Source: Desulfosudaceae bacterium (lineage in GTDB: Bacteria > Desulfobacterota > Desulfobacteria > Desulfobacterales > Desulfosudaceae). From it: a stretch of DNA of 64,000 nt. The stretch covers positions 832,001-896,000 of the forward strand of contig CAXXDV010000003.1 of NCBI GenBank assembly GCA_963674745.2. The letters are read 5' to 3'. The position numbers and the translations under genes are program-made. Below, in pieces: positions 57,511-64,000 of this stretch (positions are counted from its first letter, which is position 1; each line of letters opens with the position of its first letter). Below the pieces are notes generated by a model that was given only the letters and a program-made list of their open reading frames with translations, was not told where the DNA came from and ran no database searches.

Positions 57511-58664
57511 AAGAAAAGAAACGGGTCATTTTTTTTCTGATCGTATGTGTTCTGATTGTCGGTGGAATCCTTATGTTCCGGTTCTTTTCCGACGAGGACA
57601 TCAGTCCCCGGGTCTGCGGGCCGGATAAAATTTTTGCCGGAAACACCAACGCCACGGCGCGGGCCGAGCTGACCACGGTTAACGAATGGTATGATGCGGT
57701 GGGAACGGTACAACCGAGTACCCAGGCGCGGATCGAGGCTCAGGTTTCCGGCCAGATCAATGAGATCCGTGTTAATGCCGGCGATGAGGTGAAAACCGGC
57801 CAGCTGTTAATCCTTCTCGATAACCGCCAGATGCAGACCCGGCTGTCCCAGGCCAGGCAATCCCTTCAGACGTCTATGGCCGCCCGGGAACAGGCGCGGC
57901 AGGCGGTCAACGCGGCCCGGGCGGCATTTGAAGAGGCGGAATCGGCCTATAAGCGGGTCCGCGGGTTTTATGAGGCCCAGGCCGCAACCGAGCAGTCGCT
58001 GGAACAGGCCCGTTCCCGTTATCAACAGGCAGAATCCGCCTTAAAACAGGCCGGGGATGCCGTTTCCGGAGCCGATGCCGGTGTCCGCATGGCGGAAGAA
58101 ATGGTTGCCGAAGCGGAAATCCCCCTGGGGTATACCCGAATCAAAGCCCCTTCCGATGGACGGGTGTTGAAACGGATGGCCGACCCCGGCGACCTGGCCA
58201 TGCCCGGGAAACCCTTGCTGCTGTTGCGCACCATCGGCGGGTTACGGCTGGAAGCCCATGTTCGTGAAAGCCTTATCGACAAGATCCGCATCGGTTCAGA
58301 GCTCCGGGTGGAGCTGCCTGCCCTGGAACGGACGGTGGATGCCCGGGTGGAGGAAATAATCCCCTACGCGGATCCCCAAAGCCGTAGCTTTCTGGTCAAG
58401 GCTGCGCTGCCGGACCTGCCGGGTTTATATCCCGGCATGTACGGCAAGCTGCTGATGCCTTACAAAACGGTCGACCTGGTCCTGGTTCCGCCGGAAACAA
58501 TCGCCCGGGTCGGTCAACTGGAACTGGTCAGAGTTAAAACACCGGCAGGATGGGCACGTCGTTACATTAAAACCGGACATGTCTACCAGGGCAAGGTGGA
58601 AGTGCTGTCCGGACTTTCCGGCGGTGAGATATTGGAATTAAAGGAGCCTGGCAATGGCGAATAA
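57507..58664 (+). CDS. RND efflux periplasmic adaptor (MFP)
   Basis: QVSGQI, GDEVKTGQLL, IKAPSDG, PGMYG, VLSGL. Confidence 0.92.
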   Translation: MKEKKRVIFFLIVCVLIVGGILMFRFFSDEDISPRVCGPDKIFAGNTNATARAELTTVNEWYDAVGTVQPSTQARIEAQVSGQINEIRVNAGDEVKTGQLLILLDNRQMQTRLSQARQSLQTSMAAREQARQAVNAARAAFEEAESAYKRVRGFYEAQAATEQSLEQARSRYQQAESALKQAGDAVSGADAGVRMAEEMVAEAEIPLGYTRIKAPSDGRVLKRMADPGDLAMPGKPLLLLRTIGGLRLEAHVRESLIDKIRIGSELRVELPALERTVDARVEEIIPYADPQSRSFLVKAALPDLPGLYPGMYGKLLMPYKTVDLVLVPPETIARVGQLELVRVKTPAGWARRYIKTGHVYQGKVEVLSGLSGGEILELKEPGNGE

Positions 58665-61600
58665 GGATGATGCGCCCGGCGGGCTGATCCCCGGAATCGT
58701 CAAGCCCTTTCTTTCCGGCCGGCCGGCCATTATTCTATTGATTGTTTCGCTATGTTTGGGCGTTGCGGCCATTTTCGTCACCCCCCGGGAAGAAGATCCC
58801 CAGATCGTGGTTCCCCTGGCCGATATTTACGTTCAGGCCCCGGGAGCCGACCCTCAAGAGGTTGAAAAACTGGTGGCCACCCCCCTGGAAAACCTTTTAT
58901 GGCAGATCGACGGGGTTGAATACGTCTACTCCATGTCGCACAAGGGCCTGGCCATTGTGACCGTCCGTTTCTACGTCGGCCAGGACCGGGAGGATTCCCT
59001 GGTCAAGCTGCACAATCAGATTACCATGCACATCGACCAGGTGCCGTCCATTGTACGCGGCTGGGTGATCAAGCCGGTGGAGATCGACGATGTTCCGATT
59101 GTCAACCTGGCGCTTTATTCCGAACGCTATGACGATCATGAGCTGCGCCGCATCGGCGAGGAAGTGCTCTGGCGGCTGTCCCGGATCCGGAATATTTCCC
59201 GTACCTTTATTACCGGTGGCCGCCCCAGGGAAATCCGCGTGGAAATTCTGCCGGAACGCCTGAACGGCTACAACATTTCCCTGCTTCAGATCCGGCAGGC
59301 CCTGCAGGGGGCGGACGCGGCCGTTACGGCCGGACATATGGACCGTCTTAACACCCGTTTCCAAATTAATATCAATTCTTTTCTGCGTTCGGTGGACGAA
59401 GTCTCGGCGCTGGTGGTCGGCGTTCGCGCCGGACGGCCGGTTTATCTGCGTGACCTGGCCGTTATCACCGACGGCCCGGCCGAGGTCGCTCATTATACCC
59501 GTTTCAGCCACTCCTGCCGCTATCGGCAGGCAGCCGGGCTGGAGGATCAGCCCCGGGAATATCCGGCGGTGACCCTTTCTCTGGCCAAAAAACCCGGTAC
59601 CAACGCCGTGGAAGTGTCGCGTGATATTCTGAACCTGCTGGATGAATTAAAAAAGAAAATCATCCCCGAAGAGGTCCGCATCGAGGTTACCCGCAACTAC
59701 GGCTACAATGCCCAGGAAAAGGTCAACGACCTCTTGTCTTCCCTGGGGTTCGCCGTTTTGACGGTGGTGATTCTGCTGGCCTTCACCCTCGGCCGGCGGG
59801 AAGCCCTGGTGGTGGCCGTGGCGGTGCCGGTCAGTTTCAGCCTGGCCCTTTTTGTGAACTATCTTTTCGGTTATACCATCAACCGGGTCACCCTGTTTGC
59901 CCTGATTCTTTCTTTGGGTCTGGTGGTTGATGATCCCATCACCAACGTGGACAATATTCAGCGTCATATTTTCATGGGCCGGCGCAAGCCGTTTGCCGCC
60001 ACCCTGTTCGCGGTCAATGAAGTGCTGCCCCCGGTGATCATGTCGACCATCGCCATCATCATCTCTTTTGTCCCGCTTTTCTTCATTACCGGCATGATGG
60101 GGCCTTATATGGCGCCCATGTCGGTCAATGTTCCCCTGACGGTTATTTTTTCAACCGTGTGCGCCCTGACCATTGTTCCCTGGATGACCTACGCGCTGCT
60201 GAAAAAACACCCCCTGTCGGACCAGCGGTCAAACGGGGCGGGGGAGGGCGGTCCGCCGGCATGGATCTCCGGAACATACCGGAAAATCGTCACCCCCTTT
60301 CTGGAATCCCGTTCCCGTCGCTACCTTCTGCTGATGGCCATTATCGGGCTGATGCTGTTTTCCGTGGCGTTGGTGATTTTTCGTGTCGTGCCGCTTAAAA
60401 TGCTGCCCTTTGACAATAAAAACGAGTTTCAGATCGTGATCGACATGCCGGAAGGGACGACTCTGGAATCGACCGATGCCGTAGTCCGGGAGTTTGAAGA
60501 CTATCTGCGGCGGGTCAGCGAAGTCAATAATGTCATTTCTTATGTCGGCACGGTTTCCCCCATGGATTTTAACGGCATGGTCAGGCATTATTATCTGCGC
60601 CAAAGCCCTAACCTGGCCGATATCCGGGTCAACCTGGCCTTGAAGGACGAACGCCGGCAGCAAAGTCATTCCATTGTGCTCGGCTTGAGAAACGATCTGA
60701 TGGAAATCGCCCGCGAAAACAATGCCCGCATCCAGATCGTCGAAGTGCCGCCCGGTCCGCCGGTTCTGGCCACTATTGTGGCGGAAATTTACGGTACGCC
60801 CAATCAGTCTTATGATGAACTGGTTGCGGCCACAGATCATGTCCGGCGGATTATGGCCCGGGAACCCGGCGTGGTGGACATCGATGACATGACCGCCATG
60901 CCCTGTGAGCAGATCGATTTTTTCGTCGACCGGGAGAAAGCCGCCCTCCACGGCGTCTCCGCCATGGCCGTGATCAACGCCCTTAAAATCGCGGTCGGCG
61001 GAGAGACCTCGATCACCCTGCATGTCCCGGACCAGCGGCAGCCCCTGCATGTCCGGATGATCCTGCCCCGGGAATACCGCAGCACCATGTCATCGCTGAT
61101 CCAGATCCCCATGACCGCGCTGGACGGCGGCATGGTTCCGCTGGCGGAACTGGTCAGATATGACTACAGCACCAATGACCAGACCATTTTTCATAAAAAC
61201 CTGGACAGGGTGGTCTATGTCCTGGCGGAGGTAGCCGGCCGGGCACCGGCCGAAGCGATACTGGGAATGAAGAAATGGCTGTGCCGGGACCCGCTGCCTG
61301 AAGGGATCCGCGTCGAATGGGCCGGTGAAGGGGAATGGAAAATCACCCTGCGGGTGTTTCGCGATATGGGAATCGCCTTTGCGGCCGCCCTGATTGGGAT
61401 TTATATCCTGATGATCATTCAGACCGGTTCTTTCTTCATGCCGCTGTTGATCATGATGGCCATACCCCTGACCCTGATCGGTATCATGCCCGGGTTCTGG
61501 CTGCTGAACATGGTTGCCGGAGGTACCGTCGGCGGCTACCAGGATTTGATTTTTTTTACCGCGACGAGCATGATCGGCATGATCGCCCTGGGCGGTATCG

Positions 61601-61887
61601 TGATTCGAAATTCACTGGTGTTGATCGAATTCATCCAGGACTCGATAAAAGAAAACATGCCCGTCAAGGAAGCCATCCTTCAGAGCGGCGCCATTCGCAT
61701 GCGGCCCATTGTGCTCACGGCGCTTACGACGGCCCTGGGCGCCTGGCCGATTACGCTGGACCCGATTTTTTCCGGGTTGGCCTGGGCCTTGATTTTCGGC
61801 CTGTTCGCCTCGACCCTGTTTACCCTGCTGGTGGTGCCGGTCAGTTACTACGCCTTTTACGGCCGGAAACCCGCCGAACAGGGGTAA
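58654..61887 (+). CDS. RND efflux permease (AcrB family)
   Basis: GLVVDD, GIVIRNS, RMRPIVLT; 1077 aa. Confidence 0.93.
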   Translation: MANKDDAPGGLIPGIVKPFLSGRPAIILLIVSLCLGVAAIFVTPREEDPQIVVPLADIYVQAPGADPQEVEKLVATPLENLLWQIDGVEYVYSMSHKGLAIVTVRFYVGQDREDSLVKLHNQITMHIDQVPSIVRGWVIKPVEIDDVPIVNLALYSERYDDHELRRIGEEVLWRLSRIRNISRTFITGGRPREIRVEILPERLNGYNISLLQIRQALQGADAAVTAGHMDRLNTRFQININSFLRSVDEVSALVVGVRAGRPVYLRDLAVITDGPAEVAHYTRFSHSCRYRQAAGLEDQPREYPAVTLSLAKKPGTNAVEVSRDILNLLDELKKKIIPEEVRIEVTRNYGYNAQEKVNDLLSSLGFAVLTVVILLAFTLGRREALVVAVAVPVSFSLALFVNYLFGYTINRVTLFALILSLGLVVDDPITNVDNIQRHIFMGRRKPFAATLFAVNEVLPPVIMSTIAIIISFVPLFFITGMMGPYMAPMSVNVPLTVIFSTVCALTIVPWMTYALLKKHPLSDQRSNGAGEGGPPAWISGTYRKIVTPFLESRSRRYLLLMAIIGLMLFSVALVIFRVVPLKMLPFDNKNEFQIVIDMPEGTTLESTDAVVREFEDYLRRVSEVNNVISYVGTVSPMDFNGMVRHYYLRQSPNLADIRVNLALKDERRQQSHSIVLGLRNDLMEIARENNARIQIVEVPPGPPVLATIVAEIYGTPNQSYDELVAATDHVRRIMAREPGVVDIDDMTAMPCEQIDFFVDREKAALHGVSAMAVINALKIAVGGETSITLHVPDQRQPLHVRMILPREYRSTMSSLIQIPMTALDGGMVPLAELVRYDYSTNDQTIFHKNLDRVVYVLAEVAGRAPAEAILGMKKWLCRDPLPEGIRVEWAGEGEWKITLRVFRDMGIAFAAALIGIYILMIIQTGSFFMPLLIMMAIPLTLIGIMPGFWLLNMVAGGTVGGYQDLIFFTATSMIGMIALGGIVIRNSLVLIEFIQDSIKENMPVKEAILQSGAIRMRPIVLTALTTALGAWPITLDPIFSGLAWALIFGLFASTLFTLLVVPVSYYAFYGRKPAEQG

Positions 61888-61932
61888 TAACCTTCCGGCA
61901 CCGTTACCGCCAACGCCTGCTGCCGGCTGGCA

Positions 61933-62538
61933 CTAATCTTCAAAAACCCTGGCGATGATGTCGGTCAGACGCAGCGTGTGCTTCCGGATTTCCGTGTCAG
62001 TACGGCCGGGATAGCGGGCGTAACTGATCATGACACCGTTCAAGGCCGCGAACAGGGCGTGCGCCCGTATTCGGTTGCCGCTCTTTTCGACTGATTCGGC
62101 GGTTCCGTCCAGCCCGACTTCAATCCGGTCCAAAAGGCCGCGCATGGCCAGATTCAGTTTTTCGGTCGCCTGGGAGCCCAGATTATTTCCCAGCATGAAG
62201 TGACTCATCATCTGGTAAAATGTCATGTTCGTGTTCAGGTAATCCACGTATATCCGGCACAGGTCAATCAGCGAGACCGGACCCGATGCCTCCTGACGGT
62301 CGATTATCTGGGTGAGTTCCCGGGAACATTGCAGAAAAATATCCAGAAACAGTTGATCCAGACTTTCGTAATAGTTATAAATCGTGCCCACACTGATTTC
62401 CCCCTGGCGGGCGATTTCACGGACCGTAACCTGCCGGAAGTCCTTTGTCGCAAAAAGCTCCCGGGCGGCTTCCAGAATGAGGTTCCGGCGGGCGTCTTTT
62501 TCCTGTTGTTTCAATTCAGCCAGGGTCAATGCGGGCAT
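61933..62538 (-). CDS. TetR/AcrR family regulator
   Basis: VTVREIARQGEISVGTIYNYY; SD agggg before ATG 62538. Confidence 0.9.
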   Translation of the reverse strand: MPALTLAELKQQEKDARRNLILEAARELFATKDFRQVTVREIARQGEISVGTIYNYYESLDQLFLDIFLQCSRELTQIIDRQEASGPVSLIDLCRIYVDYLNTNMTFYQMMSHFMLGNNLGSQATEKLNLAMRGLLDRIEVGLDGTAESVEKSGNRIRAHALFAALNGVMISYARYPGRTDTEIRKHTLRLTDIIARVFED

Positions 62539-62571
62539 AGTGTTCATCCCCTTCAGGTGACTAACTTTAAT

Positions 62572-62662
62572 GGGTGCCACGGGCCAAGCCACAGGCTTGC
62601 CCGTGTTTTAATCCACTAACCACATGTTTGCACGGGCAAGCTTCGCTTCGCCCGTGGCACCC
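62572..62662. repeat. REP-like doublet with 13-bp terminal inverted repeat
   Basis: gggtgccacgggc ... gcccgtggcaccc with two inner hairpins; right half resembles 40045-40076. Confidence 0.7.
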
Positions 62663-62677
62663 TATAATGCCTTATTT

Positions 62678-63949
62678 TTATTTCCCGTACTCCTCGTGAA
62701 TCCGCATCATATCATCGTCCGTAAAGCAGCGCTCGGTTTCGTCCGGGTTGAGGGCATCATCTTCCATTTTGCGGCGGTCATAGGCCGGATCAAGCACCTG
62801 TTTGTAATATTCATGCTGAATCAGGAGTTTCATGATTTCATTGGTGCCGGTCCAGATCATGGACAGGCGGGTGTCACGCAGGGCCCGTTCAATGGGGTAT
62901 ACCTCGGTATAACCGATGCCGCCCATCATCTGCATGGCCTTGTTGACCACATTCCAGGCCGTTTCGGTGGCGCACTTTTTGGCTTCACTGACCAGTCGGC
63001 GGGAATAGGGATAATTGTTATCAACAGCTTTGGCGGCAATATAACACAGGCCCCGGGCCGCATCGAGTTCGGTAATGGCGTCGGCCAGCATGAAGCTGAC
63101 GGCCTGGTATTTGCGGATTTCCTGGCCGAATGCCCGGCGCCGGTTGGAATAGCGGGCGGCCAGGTCCAGGGCGCCCCAAAGGGCCAGGCTGCCGCCGGCC
63201 GAGGTCATACGTTCGGGAATCATCATCTGGTGAAAGCACAGGGCGCCGCCGTGGAGTTCACCGATAATGTTTTCCCTGGGTACTTTGACATCCCGGAACA
63301 CCAGCCGGCCGGTTCCGCCGCCCCGGCAGCCCATCAGCCCGTAGAGGTATTCGGTTTCAACGCCCGGGCCCCGGTCTACCAGCAACAGGCTCAGGCGGCC
63401 GTACTTGTGGGCGCTTTCGTCAAAATTGGTCCGGCAATAAACAAGGAAGAAATCCGCGCCTTCGGCCCCGACCACAAACCGTTTCTGTCCGTTTAAGATA
63501 AAATGATCGTCATGGACTTCGGCCCGGGTCATGGCGCCAAAGAAATCCGATCCGCCCCGGGGTTCGGTCAGTGCTTCAGCCGCGACCAGCTTCCCTTCCA
63601 GGTAGGGCTTTAAGTATTTTTGTTTCTGCTCTTCGGTGCCGAACACGTTCAGTGCTTCTCCCACGATGGACGGCATGGAATAGGCGCAACCAAGGGCGAT
63701 ACCCAGGCAGCCGATCTCTTCTAACACAGCGATTTCGGCGGTCCAGCCCATGCCGCGGCCGCCGTATTGTTCCGGAAAACGGACGCCCAGCAGTTTCCGT
63801 GCGGCCAGTTTTTCGACAAACTCGCGGGGATAGGTAATCTCGTTTTTATCCATCTGCCGAAGAAAATCGCTGGAAATTTCTTCGCGGACAAATGCTCTGG
63901 CCTCTTTTTTCAGCGCCTGTTCCTCGGGCGTGAGCAGAAAATCATACAT
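62678..63949 (-). CDS. Acyl-CoA dehydrogenase
   Basis: ALTEPRGGSD, NGQKRF, QMMGGIGY, IWTGTNE; SD aaggagg. Confidence 0.93.
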   Translation of the reverse strand: MYDFLLTPEEQALKKEARAFVREEISSDFLRQMDKNEITYPREFVEKLAARKLLGVRFPEQYGGRGMGWTAEIAVLEEIGCLGIALGCAYSMPSIVGEALNVFGTEEQKQKYLKPYLEGKLVAAEALTEPRGGSDFFGAMTRAEVHDDHFILNGQKRFVVGAEGADFFLVYCRTNFDESAHKYGRLSLLLVDRGPGVETEYLYGLMGCRGGGTGRLVFRDVKVPRENIIGELHGGALCFHQMMIPERMTSAGGSLALWGALDLAARYSNRRRAFGQEIRKYQAVSFMLADAITELDAARGLCYIAAKAVDNNYPYSRRLVSEAKKCATETAWNVVNKAMQMMGGIGYTEVYPIERALRDTRLSMIWTGTNEIMKLLIQHEYYKQVLDPAYDRRKMEDDALNPDETERCFTDDDMMRIHEEYGK

Positions 63950-64000
63950 ACGGCCTCCTTATAATGAAGTGTTGTTTCCGCCATTAATTGAACTATGAAT

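Noticed and set aside
1..64000. tRNA, rRNA, prophage, integrase, transposase or defence genes
   Set aside because: None recognised by eye; small structured RNAs could be missed without a covariance search

Overview
About 64 kb of chromosome from an anaerobic Gram-negative bacterium, most likely Desulfobacterota/Desulfobacterales (inferred from the Hdr/MvhD, 2-oxoacid:ferredoxin oxidoreductase, ETF and acyl-CoA dehydrogenase content). I found about 50 CDSs and no rRNA, tRNA, CRISPR array or transposase. Main blocks: (i) envelope glycosylation genes, including a DPY19/STT3-like GT-C cut by the window edge and absent from the ORF track, two further GT-C-like proteins, a DPM1-like GT2, a DprE1-like oxidase and a sulfotransferase; (ii) etfBA divergent from an ACAD10/11- or lva-like cluster (phosphatase, acyl-CoA dehydrogenase, TetR, kinase, amidohydrolase, SDR); (iii) DUF2868, DUF3482 GTPase and DUF2959; (iv) an operon of korDABC-like genes, an HdrL-like protein, an MvhD-HdrD fusion and an HdrA-MvhD fusion, where the last gene reads through an in-frame UGA (probably selenocysteine, with a SECIS-like hairpin); (v) a TetR-SulP-two-component module with cytidylate-kinase-like domains, divergent from CBS and hexapeptide-repeat genes; (vi) a TolC-MFP-RND efflux operon. 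Intergenic DNA holds several families of small non-coding elements: GTAG REP-like palindromes, TIR-bounded long hairpins sharing one internal-loop motif, and inverted 7-8-mer tandem arrays inserted inside operons. All family assignments come from motif recognition by eye; no searches were run.
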